Assembly: GCF_009914755.1 (NCBI RefSeq)
Contig: NC_060927.1
Length of the DNA stretch: 64,000 nt
From: the human T2T-CHM13v2.0 reference genome, Homo sapiens
Direction: 5' to 3' (one strand)
The first letter of the stretch is position 1. Every line of letters starts with the position of its first letter. Shown in pieces: positions 1-11,774 of this stretch. The translations under genes were made by a program, and so were the position numbers. The notes beneath the pieces are model-generated. The model made no database searches. It saw only the letters and a list, made by a program, of their open reading frames with translations, and was not told where the DNA came from.

Positions 1-34
1 GAAGGTGGGACAGGAATGAGGATCTTCATCCTGT

Positions 35-35
35 A

Positions 36-120
<85 letters not shown>

Positions 121-179
121 GAGAAAGAAAGAGAGAAAGAAAGAGAGAAAGAAAGAGAGAAAGAAAGAGAGAAAGAAAG

Positions 180-230
<51 letters not shown>

Positions 231-336
231 AAAAGAAAGGAAGGAAGGAAGGAAGGAAGGAAAGAGAGAGGGAAAGAAAGGAAGGAAAAGAAAGGAACGA
301 ACGAAAGAAAGAAAGAAAGAAAGAAAGAAAGAGAAA
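35..336 (+). repeat. Compound polypurine STR (GAAA)n/(GAGAAAGAAA)n/(GGAA)n
   Basis: ~300 nt almost purely A/G on the + strand, with long perfect GAAA runs. Confidence 0.97.
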
Positions 337-344
337 TAAAAATG

Positions 345-440
345 AATAAGGCTCAGGGAGAGGAAATTACTTATTCGGGATCATATATTTATCACAGAGC
401 TGGGACTAGAGCCCAGGTCTCTTGCTTCCCAATCTGAGCA
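345..440 (-). mobile_element. MIR SINE fragment
   Basis: aaggctcagggagagg...agagctgggactagagcccaggtct resembles the MIR core. Confidence 0.6.
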
Positions 441-900
441 TCCTCCCTTGGCTCAGTGATGTGGTTGAGGGCTTCATCTCAACCACATCTCCATGGGAAA
501 CCTAAAGAAATGTGACCAGTCCTACTTGGAACTTATAAATGCCACCCAAACCATTCAAGCTTCTTGTATTTCTGCTCAGGAAATCTTAAAGGGCTTCACT
601 TCTTTCCTGCCTATTATGCCATGTGTCACAGGGAAAGAGAAAGTTTATAATAAACTCGTGTGCTGAAAGGAAACTAGATCTTTTAGCCAGAGCCTTTTCA
701 GTGCCTCAGCTTACAAGTGGTAGCCACCTGGGTGATCTGGAGCTAGAGCGAATCGGATTGAGAGGTGAGATATTAAGGTAGTATGGTGTTCTGTGAGTTA
801 GCCTGATAAATGAGGGAATACCAAGTGCCTTAGTGGGACTTTGTAAGGTTCAAATGGAAGGTGAAAATACTGGAAGCTTTTTGGTTTAAAAAATCATGTA

Positions 901-1200
901 CACCTGGCGCGGTGGCTCACGCCTGTAATCCCAGCACTTTGGGAGGCTGAGGCAGGCAGATCACCTGAGGTCAGGAGTTCAAGACCAGCCTGGCCAACAC
1001 ATAGTGAAACCCCACCTCTGCTAAAAAAAAATACAAAAATTAGCTGGGCGTGGTGGTGCACATCTGTAATCCCAGCTACTTGGGAAGCTGAGGAAGGAGA
1101 ATCACTTGAACCCAGGAGGTGGAGGTTGCAGTGAGCAACCGGGAGGTGGAGTTTGAGATTGCACCACTGCACTCCAGCCTGTGCGACAGAGAAAAAAAAA
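901..1200 (+). mobile_element. Alu (AluS-type)
   Basis: Dimeric Alu consensus, A tail, TSD AAAAAATCATGT on both sides. Confidence 0.97.
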
Positions 1201-1536
1201 TCATGTTAGGGCCACAGATATGAATTACTGCCCTACTATTCTCTATAGGTATCTATTTTTATTCCAGTTTGTTTATTTTAGCATTGTGCTAACGTTGTAT
1301 ATTCAAACTACATTTGAATTTTCCTTGTGAACATACGGTGGAGTCCACCCTACTGTAAGTGTTGATGATTGAAATAAAATCATGTGGACATTTTTGCTTA
1401 AAATTATCCTTGAAAAATACGTAGGATACAATCCCCTTTCCTCTAGCTTTGGGACTAATCACAATTTATTGGTTGAGCACCAGAAGCAGCAACTGGCTTT
1501 TAACTGGGGCCATGCTGAATAAAATATAGGTATCTT

Positions 1537-1837
1537 TATTTATTTTATTATTATCTTTTGAGACACAGTCTCTCTCTGTCACCCAGGCTGGAGTGCAGTG
1601 GCACGATCTCACTGTAACCTCTGCCTCCCGGGTTCAAGCGATTCTCCTATCTCAGCCTCCTGAGTAGCTGGGATTACAGGCACCTGCTACCAAGCCCAGC
1701 TAATTTTTGTATTGTTAGTAGAGACTGGGTTTCACCAGGTTGGCCTGGCTGGGCTCGAACTCTTGACCTCAAGTGATCCGCCTGCCTCAGCCTCCCAAAG
1801 TGCTGGGATTACAGGTGTGAGCCACCACCCACCGGCC
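1537..1837 (-). mobile_element. Alu (AluS-type)
   Basis: Reverse Alu; TSD AAATATRGGTATCTTT. Confidence 0.97.
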
Positions 1838-2004
1838 AAATATGGGTATCTTTAAACAGTAAAATCAACAAGGTAAGAGCACTCCATGAAAAGCAGGTAA
1901 AGATGTGAGAACTAGTGTGGGCCAGGAGGTTCAGGTCTTGCATCTCCACTCACAAGAATCCTGGTGGAGAGGATCACCATTTAAATTTAAATTGTTGCCT
2001 CTTG

Positions 2005-2323
<319 letters not shown>

Positions 2324-2339
2324 CTACCCATACATTGAA

Positions 2340-2530
2340 TTTGTGGGTAGAATCAGCCAGACTTGACCAGTGGTTGGAATGAGGAGTTAGGGAGAGGGAA
2401 GTCAAGAATGACCACAGGTTGTGAGCATCCTCCTCACAAGAAGGCTGGGGTACCATGAAAGGAGACAGGGAAGTGGGAAGAAGGCAGAGCCCGGGAGAAT
2501 TCAATTTTGAGCGATGTTGAGTTTGATGAT
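2340..2530 (-). mobile_element. L2 LINE fragment
   Basis: gagagggaagtcaagaatgac...ttcaattttgagcgatgttgagtttga is typical of antisense L2. Confidence 0.6.
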
Positions 2531-3102
2531 TCTCAAATAAAGACTGGTTAACCTGTAAAAGTCTGCTAATTTTAGTCCACAAACTCAAAAGCAAAAATGT
2601 GAAAATTTTCTATAATTGGGAGTATGCAATTAAAATTAAGTTTATTCTGAAAGTAAAAGAAACCTAGCCTCCTTCAATTTGAGGTCTATTCCATCCCTGG
2701 GAATGCACTAACACAGACTGTCTTAGCTAGTTGGGTGAATAAAGAGCCAAGGTCTAGAAATACGGGTAAAGATCTAATTAAATATTTCAAAATAATATTC
2801 CACCACAAACCTTCTGGCATAGATTGCTGAGAAGATTCAAGGTCAAACAAAAGGGATCACATCTTCCCAAATATGTGTTTGCTTTTTTGTCTTAAAAAAG
2901 CTGTATTGTCTGTCTTATTACAGACACATAGGAAAATTTAAAAGTGACACATTTATTGTAAGAAAATTAGAAAATTTAGGTAAGCAAAAAGAATAAATAA
3001 TTCTACCACTTTAAAACAATCACTTTTATAACATTAAGCATACCCTTTCAAATCCTTTAAAAAATTACATCTATGCTTTTTCTCCCACTTTAAAATATCA
3101 TG

Positions 3103-3628
3103 TAACCAAAAGAAATGAAAATATATGTCCACATAGAAATATGTACCTGAATGGTCACAGCAGCTTCATTCATTGTAGCCCCCAAACGGAAATAAGCCAA
3201 ATGTTCAGCAACTGATGAATGAGTAAAGAGAATATGGTATATCCATATAATTGAATATTATTTGGCCATAAAAAGGAAAAAAGTATTAATACATTATGCT
3301 CCAACATTAATGAACCTTGAAAACATGGTAAGTGGAATAAATCAGATGCAAAAGTTCACACGTTCTATGATTCCATTTACATGAAATGTCCAGAAAAAGC
3401 AAATCTTATAGAGACACAAAGTAGATTAGTAGATATTTGGGTCTGAAGATAAGAATAGGCAATGACTATAAATGGGTGCAAGGTTTCGTTTTGGGGTGAT
3501 GGAACTGCTCTAATATTAGAATGCAGTGATGGTTATGCAATTCCATAAATTTACTAAATTTACTAAAAACCACTTCTGCCTAAAGTGAATGAATTTTATG
3601 GTATGCAGATTATACCTCAATTAAACTG
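3103..3628 (+). mobile_element. L1MB-type LINE-1 3' end
   Basis: gaaatgaaaatatatgtccac...atgaaccttgaaaacat...tgattccatttacatgaaatgtccagaa...gaattttatggtatg..attatacctcaat matches the L1MB 3' UTR pattern. Confidence 0.85.
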
Positions 3629-3832
3629 TGTATATATACATGTATATATAGAAGACATATATAATATATATAACATATGTATATATATAATATATGTATA
3701 TATATACATATATATAATATATGTATATATATACATATATATAATATATTATATATACATATATATAATATATGTATATATATACATATATATAATATAT
3801 GTATATATAAAGAGATTTATATAGATATATAT
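3629..3832. repeat. AT-rich minisatellite, ~27-bp period, containing the 24-bp palindrome ATATATGTATATATATACATATAT
   Basis: Palindrome read directly at 3690-3713 and 3717-3740, with further degenerate copies. Confidence 0.9.
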
Positions 3833-3915
3833 CATGGACTTCTTTCTATTTATCTAAAACTGACCTAATATCTGCTGTGATGCTCAGGGAGTCAGTGAGA
3901 CTGTGGATTGCAGCC

Positions 3916-4205
3916 ATGAATGAGGCAAGGCACATCCTAAAGCCTATTCCAGGTACTGAGCTCATCAAGAACTGGCAGACCTTCTTCAGCTCCATGCAAC
4001 TCAAACCTTTGGACATTATCCTTTACCTCCTGCTTCTGTTGTTGTGTGAAGACAAAAATGTTCATGACATGTTTGTGTTTCCCCAGTGGGTCCTCGGTTG
4101 TGTCTCCAGGATCATCGTTGCCTGCCCCATCACCATCAAAGGAGCCTCTCAGCTGCAGTGGTGGATCCAGCCCATCCAGTGGTCCACCTGGGAGGTCTCA
4201 GCCAA
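3916..4205 (+). pseudogene. SNU13: Processed pseudogene of SNU13 (NHP2L1, 15.5K K-turn-binding protein), internally deleted
   Basis: Translation [56 protein letters not shown] aligns with recalled SNU13 [62 protein letters not shown]; start MNEA vs MTEA; no introns. Confidence 0.88.
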
Positions 4206-4895
4206 GCTATCTCAACACACTCCTCTGCTTGGAATTGGTACTATGTATTATCTTTGTTTTAGGATGTAGGGTAGGAACTGAGTCTATTAATGTTTTTCTC
4301 AACACTGTATTCCCAGGCCTAATAAGGCTAGTAGGTGCAGTAATAACCTGTTGTTAGAGCAAAAAAGATGGCATAAGTTGTCTCCCTTGTTGTTTGAGCC
4401 TCTTTGAAACTTTTCATTGGTAGTGAACACAAAAAGGATTAAAGCTCTGCCTACCAACATCTCTGCCACAAGAGACTGGCCCCCACTGTGAGAATGCTCT
4501 GCCTGATCTCTGAAGATTCACAGGCTTCCAGGCACGATCATATCTCTTCTAAGTCCTGCACTTACCTGAGGTCAAAAGCCTTTAAATTGGTACAGGTGGC
4601 CGAGTTGGGATACAACAAAATGCATTCAGACAATCCGATCCTGTGATCTGGCAAAATGCAAAACATTATAGCCACTTACTAAAAACTGGGTAACATTGTG
4701 CAGAAACTCAGGGGACAGATACAAATGATTGTTTGTCCATATTGATTTGATTCCTGTAAGCTAATGAAGAAATTACCTTGTGACATCAAAGACCTAGTAC
4801 TCAATAAAAAGAGAAAACATTCATTTAGGAAGTCTGATGATACATTCTTTTCATTTTACATTCACTTTCTTCCTCCATTCTACAATGAGATGTGA

Positions 4896-5165
<270 letters not shown>

Positions 5166-5654
5166 TAAGTTTTTAACCTCTTTTCAAAAGACTGATGCTC
5201 ATTGGGCCGAGCTGGAGTCACTGTCACCCAAAGGCCTGGTTTGTATATGACACTGGTACTATAATCTTGGAAAAGACCTATGTTCAACTATAGAAGAGGA
5301 TACATAAAATATTAAAACTGTCACTTATGCTTAGTTATTTCTGAAAAAAGATGCCCTTAGGTATCTTTTTAAATTTTGTTTATATAAAGTTGCAAAATAA
5401 CCACGGCTTTAATTTCATGTCTATTCTAGTAGCAGAATGATGTTATCGGAAAATTTATACAATTTATGTATGGTAATCGTTAGAAGGCCTAGAAAGTGCA
5501 CACACAGCACATTGTAACAAATGACCAATATTAGTCCTGTCTCTTCCCCTTGCCCCTCCTGATGCCTGCTCAGAGTCATGGTCTAAAGAAACATGACCAA
5601 ACTTCCAGAGAGACAGCATCAATTGTGTTGCTTTTCTATCCACATTGAGTGAAG

Positions 5655-6010
5655 GAGTGATTCACTCATTCACTCACTTACTGGTTGACATTTGGTTATA
5701 AGTGCCAGGTACTGCCTTGGCTGCTGGGGAAGAGAAATGAACAAGACATGAAGACTACTATAAAGAATCCTATATTTGCATGGAGGAGATCAAACACACT
5801 GATGAAAAGTTGTAATGCATTGGGATAATGAGATGGGTATCTTTTTGAGAAAATAGAGAAGTTATTTTCATATTAATGGAGGGAGTTTGGAAGGAATGGG
5901 CAATGGGAGGGGGTTGGCTGGACATGTAGAATCTGCAGATTCAGAGATGGCCCTGGAAAGTCTTTTAGGTTCAAGAGGAGAAAACTAAACGTGCAAAAGC
6001 CCAGAGGCAG
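5655..6010 (-). mobile_element. L2 LINE 3' fragment
   Basis: ttcactcattcactca...gtgccaggtactg...aatgaacaagacat is the antisense L2 tail pattern. Confidence 0.65.
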
Positions 6011-6025
6011 GAAGTAAAGGAAGTG

Positions 6026-6060
<35 letters not shown>

Positions 6061-6062
6061 TG
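6026..6062 (+). repeat. (GT)n microsatellite
   Basis: ~18 GT units with one interruption. Confidence 0.95.
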
Positions 6063-6182
6063 GTGGAGGAGGGGGTGTTGGAGGTACAACTTATAGTTGG
6101 AAAAGGCCATCAGGATTTGATCATGAAATGAGGAAGGGGAAGCTGCAGGGTATGAACTTAATTTGGTTGATATTATTGAACC

Positions 6183-6558
6183 CTATCAGTCCATTATCAC
6201 ACAGCTAATAAAGACATACTCAAGACTGGGAAATTTATAAAGGAAAAAAGTTTAATTGACTCTCAGTTCAGCATAGCTGGGAGGCCTCAGGAAACTTACA
6301 ATCATGGCAGAAGGGGAAGCAAACATGTCCTTCCTCATGTGGCAACAGGAGGCAGAAGAATGAGTGCCCAGTGAAGGGGAAAGACCCTTATAAAACCATC
6401 AGATCTCATGAGAACTAACTCACTATCACAAGAACAGGTGGGGGGAGATCGCCCCCATGGTTCAATTAGCTCCACCTGGTCCCTCCTGTTACATGTGTGG
6501 ATTATGGGAACTGCAATTCAAGATGAGATTTGGGTGGGGACACAGCCAAACCATATCA
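6183..6558 (-). mobile_element. THE1/MST-family (MaLR) solo LTR
   Basis: Reverse complement starts TGATATGGTTTGGCTGTGTCCCCACCCAAATCTCATCTTGAATTG; ~375 bp. Confidence 0.92.
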
Positions 6559-6809
6559 GGAACGTTTACAAGATTTGCGGTATGACATAGCATACTATGC
6601 TTCTGGAATATGAATTTGGTCACTGGGTAGAATGTAACATCAAATTGAAAAACTGGGAGAGTGTTAGAGACCACCAAATCTAAGAACCCAATTGAATAGA
6701 TAAAGAAACTCAGAATAGAGAGGAAGTGACTTGCCAAAAGGTTGCACAGTAATTTAGGGTAAGGCAAGGACCATAAACATTTCTCTCTTGTGTCCCTCTC
6801 CATGCTAGT

Positions 6810-7229
6810 TTGTTTGTTTGTTTGTTTGTTTGAGACAGAGTCTTGCTCTGTCAACCAGGCTAGAGTGCATTTGGTTGCAAGTGCCAGGTACTGCCTTGGC
6901 TGCTGGGGAAGAGAAATGAACAAGACATGAAGACGACTATAAAGAATCCTATATTTGCATGGAGGAGATCAAACACACTTATGAAAAATCAGTGATCTTC
7001 GCTCACCGGAACCACCACCTCCCAGGTTCAAGTGATACTTGTGCTCCAACCTTCCGAGTAGGTGGGATTATAGACGTGTACTACCATGCCCTGCTAATTT
7101 TTGTATTTTTAGTAGAGACGAGGTTTCACATGTTGGCCAGGCTGGTCTCAAACTCCCAACCACAGGTGATCCGCCTGGCTCGGCCTCCCAAAGTGTTGGG
7201 ATTACGGGCGTGAGCCACCGCACCTGGCC
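6810..7229 (-). mobile_element. Alu (AluS-type) carrying a 120-bp foreign insertion
   Basis: Reverse Alu with (GTTT)n tail and TSD CCATGCTAGT; interrupted at 6868-6987. Confidence 0.95.
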
Positions 7230-7790
7230 CCCATGCTAGTCTTGATTGCTACTTCCAAATGCCTGGGCAACTCTCATTGGTCTGCTTGCATTCAGGCCCC
7301 GTCACTTGAAGTTATCTGAAAGAGAAGGCTGAGGACTCCCGAGGGAAAAGGGAAGATATGCAAACAGAGATAAGCAGGGAGAGGTAAGATGTGCTTGGAA
7401 AACTACTAGAAGGAGGGTGGAGGGTGGGGGCACATAAAGGCCTGGAAGAAATGAGGCTGAAGGGACAAGTAGGTGCCAAATTATGAAGGTCCGTGCAAAC
7501 CATACTAGAGGCATTTGGCCTGATAGGTTTTAGGCTCTCAGAGGCAACAGCAGATGGGTATTTACCTTCTATCACCCATGGCCCTCTTATTCTTATTATT
7601 TTTCTAATAGCCTCTTCAGAACTTTTCCTCTTGCTCAGCTGTAGGAGATCATAAGTTCCCTACGCTTGAGTGTTCAAACTGAGAGCAGATGGTCACTCAA
7701 CAGTGGGTGAGCAAGGTGCCAGGTTGCCAGGGATCAGTGTGGAATCTTAGCTTACCTACCCTCAGCTGAGTAAGAGCTTACTCAGCTTGG

Positions 7791-8111
7791 GGCCGGGTGC
7801 AGTGGCTCATGCCTGTAATCCCAGCACTTTGGGAGGCCGAGGAGGGCAGATCACGTGGTCAGGAGATCGAGACCATCCTGGCTAACCTGGTGAAACCCCC
7901 GTCTCTACTAAAAATACAAAAAAAAAAAAAAAAAAAATTAGCCGGGCGTGGTGGCGAATGCCTGTAGTCCCAGCTACTCAGGAGGCTGAGGCAGGAGAAT
8001 GGTGTGAACCCAGGAGGTGGAGCTTGAAGTGAGCAGAGATCACGTCACTGCACTCCAGCCTGGGCGACAGAGCAAGACTCCACCTCAAAAAAAGAAAAAA
8101 AAAAAAAAAAA
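7791..8111 (+). mobile_element. AluY
   Basis: Diagnostic GAGATCGAGACCATCCTGGCTAAC, GAATGGTGTGAACC, GGAGCTTG; TSD GAGCTTACTCAGCT. Confidence 0.95.
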
Positions 8112-9306
8112 TGAGCTTACTCAGCTCTTAACACAGAGCTAGTACTTAAACTCCCTGGGCTTTAGGGCTTTAGTTTCTTCATGGATAAAATAAAAAAATA
8201 ATAATGCCAACCTCAGAAGGGGTCTTGTGAGAGTTAAGTGAAATGTATATGAAAACTCCAAATAAGGACTGGCATGAGCTACACAAAGGCCACGTGTACA
8301 GGACTGTAATGGATGCAAACGAAAGGCAGGACCCAAGCCCAGCTTGCCTAAAAGTCTTTTATGCCATTACTGAACCCATGAAAATGCTGCTGGTAGCCTT
8401 TAGGCCACCAGTGTGCTATCCTTGGCCCAAACGACCCCACACTACACCTGAAATTCTGTGTTTTAGCCTCTGAATTGGTAAACCAGTATTTTTCTACCAC
8501 TGAGTGCAAATTCATACAACCTTTCCATTTCACGCAAGCGCCTGCACGTAGAAAGTTGTAACAGGAGGTTGAGAAAAGTAAGAGTACGAAAGAAACCAGA
8601 ACAGTAAATGGGAATGAGGCTTTTGGTAGGGTTAGCACTGACGACAACACTGTATGCAGTTCACTAAGCATCCAGATTATGACTTGGGTGGTTGTACTCT
8701 TGGGAAGTTCCTCATGAGTCAGAATTATCTTTTGTAGTTAACTTTATATGATGTTCATGCTAACACCATGCTCACCATGCTCACCTGAGCAATTCATAAA
8801 CATTTCAGGAGGAGAAACACAGTGACTTCCCCAACACACCCATACAACAGTTTCAACATAATTAGTAGCATTTCTGGATCCGGCACAGTACTCTTATAAT
8901 GTATATGATGGAAGAAATGAACAACTCTAATTACACCTTATTAAATCTTAATCCTCATTAGGACCCTATTATTCCTTATAAGTGAGTTACTGAAGGAAAA
9001 AAAAAAAGGAAATGCTGGTCAAGTCCCGTTATATTCCATGAGGATTGAGATAATCCATTTTTACTTCATGTAACACTGGAATTCTTTTCATACTAAACAG
9101 TAGTACTCAGAATGTGAGTACGCTGAAATGTTTGAGTGAGTGGATTGTGTTTTGATAGGATCTGACCTTTTCAGAACCCCAGAAAAAACTCTCTCCAAGA
9201 GCCCGTATCTCCCATTTCAAACTATGTTAGTTGCAAAGAGATAAATTCTTTATTAGTCTGTGGAATGGGTGGTTATTCTCGACCTTATCTCTCTGTTACT
9301 GCCTTC

Positions 9307-9443
9307 ATATATATATATGTATGTGTGTATATATATATGTGTGTGTGTATATATATATGTATATATATGTGTATATATATGTATATATATGTGTATATAT
9401 GTATATATATGTGTATATATATGTGTTTGTATATATATATATA
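9307..9443. repeat. (TA)n/(TG)n compound microsatellite at an Alu tail
   Basis: Read directly; abuts the poly-T of the Alu at 9444. Confidence 0.95.
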
Positions 9444-9735
9444 TTTTTTTTTTTGACAACAGTCTTGCTCTGTCCCCCAGGCTGGAGTGCAGTGGCGCAA
9501 TCTCGGCTCACTAAAACCTTTGCCTCCCGGGTTCAGGCAATTCTCCTGCCTCAGCTTCCGGAATACCTGGGATTACAGGCGCTCGCCGCCACGCCCAGCT
9601 AGTTTTTTGTATTTTTGGTAGAGATGGGGTTTTGCCATGTTGGCCAGGCTGGCTCGAGCTCCTGACCTCAGGTGATTTGCCCGCCTCGGCGTCCCAAAGT
9701 GCTGGAATTACAGGTGTAAGCCACCGCGCCCAGCC
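9444..9735 (-). mobile_element. Alu (AluS-type)
   Basis: Reverse dimeric Alu. Confidence 0.96.
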
Positions 9736-11449
9736 ATGTTCATATTTTTGTATGTGTACATTAGATAGTTGAGAGGAACACAGAGGTTAAGTAGTCTTAC
9801 CCCTGAAATGTCTGAATTCAAACACTTATTAAGCACAAGGAAGGTGCTTAATAAATCCAATAACATGTGTTTTTACATTATTTCCTTAATTCCTGGTCAA
9901 AAGAATCCCACTAAAGTCCATCCTCAGAAGAACCACTTTTTGGAGTTTTTATGAATCAGTAGCTCATGGTGTACTCTCAACAGTTATGAATGGAATTAGG
10001 TCCTGCTAGAGGTCAGGGCCAGGTATGGAAAGATGAAGGGATTAGTCAGGAGACCTGGATGGGAGGAGGGGAAGACAGGTGCTTGGTCAGTCAGTTGTTT
10101 TGTGTTGGGCGAGTAACGTTTCTTAAGTTTTTGTCTGAGGTGTAAAGGGGGGACTACGCTCTGTCCTATCTAACTCACCTGAAGATGCAATAGCCGGGTG
10201 AGAGACTGCTTTCATTATGTGCTAACGTGAGGGATTACTTTAGATATTAATAGGAGAGAAGTGCAAGGAAAGGAAGTCTCAGGGTATGGAATGCTTTCCT
10301 GGCCATGGCTGCTGCGCGTCATAATCCCCTAACACAGTTAAGTGGTGGTTCTCATCGTCGTTCACCCTTACAGATGTCAGAGGGGAAAGAAAAATCCAAC
10401 TCAAAACTTCCAATGACAGGCTTGTCTGTATTCAAACCAGTTCATCTCGTTCGCAGACTTTTTTGAAGCTATAAGCACAGAGCAAGCTTTCTGGGCGGGG
10501 CTCAGAAGTAAACGTTAAACTCCAGGGATTCATTTATTTGAGCACAGGACAGAGGAAGTTGCCCTGAAGCAACTGATTGTCATTGATATTCAGGGCTCGC
10601 TGTCAACCAGGACCTTCCAGGAACTGGCTCTGGGCCAAGAGCAGTAGAAATCACTGGGTGGTCCGCACAGCTCGCGGGCATCTAACCTGCTTCAAGGCTC
10701 AGGGCTAAAAGGGAGCCAGGGCCCTTCCTGGAGGCGGGAACCCAAGTGGGAGGCAGAGCGCCTGGGCCCGCTCCTCGATCTGCTGAGTGACGACCCTGTA
10801 CAAGTCATTTCTCTTCCGAGAGCTTCAGTTTCCTCACGTGCCAAGCGGACGGGTTGGAAGTTGGTCTTTGCCAGCTCTGACACCTTGTAAGTTTTGAGTC
10901 TTGCTGGGAATCCAGGGCGGGGCTCACGAGGAAAATCTTGGAAGGGGATTTCATGGCTGGATCTCTTCCACTCAAGCTCAGTGCCCTAATTTGACGCCTT
11001 AATAGTAGACGCAGGCTTTTCCATTTTCCAGGAGCCCCCTGACGCGGCCGCTTCCTCCTACGTCTCCTTCCTCTTCCTCTAGCAGGGGCAAAGTCTCCAC
11101 ATCTCCCTCTTTCTCTTCCTCCTTTGCAAGCTCCCTGCATTCCCGCGTCTCCTCCTCTTCCTCCCAGGAAATGCAATGCCCTCAGTGCGCCCACCTTTTG
11201 GCAAAGCCACTGCCGGCTGCGGGTTTCCCCTCCCCCGCCAGGCGAGCTCTGCGCGGCGGCTTCGCGGGCACACGCCTTCCCATACCTTACATGGACAAAT
11301 GCGTGCAGGCAAAGTCAGGAATTCAGGCCCCTGACGTCAGCCTCCAGCGCTCAGGGCACCGCACGGGAGACCAAGGGGAGGGGGTGGGGACGGTGGGGAG
11401 GAAGGAGGGGGAAAGGCACCAACCAGCAGCCGCTCCAGCCCTGCCGAAG

Positions 11450-11544
11450 TTTCACTTTTTGTCTGTGGGTTCGTTCCCGGGTCCCGCGCGAGCTTTCCCG
11501 GGATAAGTAGCTTTAGCGATCGGGAGACAGCCGGGCGCTGCAAG
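11450..11544 (+). other. Candidate non-coding first exon (5' boundary uncertain) ending at donor CAAG|GTAAGG
   Basis: Near-consensus 5' splice site at 11544/11545 inside the CpG island. Confidence 0.5.
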
Positions 11545-11657
11545 GTAAGGGCTGGCTGCACGGCCCGGGGCGCGGGGCGTGGGGCGCTGGGCGCGGGCGG
11601 CGCGCTCGAGGAGGCCAGTGTGGGGCGCGGGGCCGGGCCTGTCCGGGGCTGGGGACA

Positions 11658-11710
11658 ATGGGAGGGGGAGTGCCCGGGCACCTCCTCCTCTGCCTCTGCC
11701 TCCGCCTCCA

Positions 11711-11743
<33 letters not shown>

Positions 11744-11774
11744 ACCGCCGCTGCCCCGGCTGCCTCCTCCCTGA
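11658..11774 (+). CDS. Putative 38-aa upstream ORF MGGGVPGHLLLCLCLRLQ-P13-LPRLPPP
   Basis: ACAATGG start (A at -3, G at +4); in frame through the CCG/CCA repeat; TGA at 11772-11774; translation unproven. Confidence 0.3.
11711..11746 (+). repeat. (GCC)9(ACC)3 trinucleotide repeat
   Basis: 9 perfect GCC at 11711-11737, then 3 ACC. Confidence 0.97.

Noticed and set aside
3585-3868. Ile/Tyr-rich ORFs (also at 9231-9602 and 40212-40592)
   Set aside because: Translations of (TA)n microsatellites.
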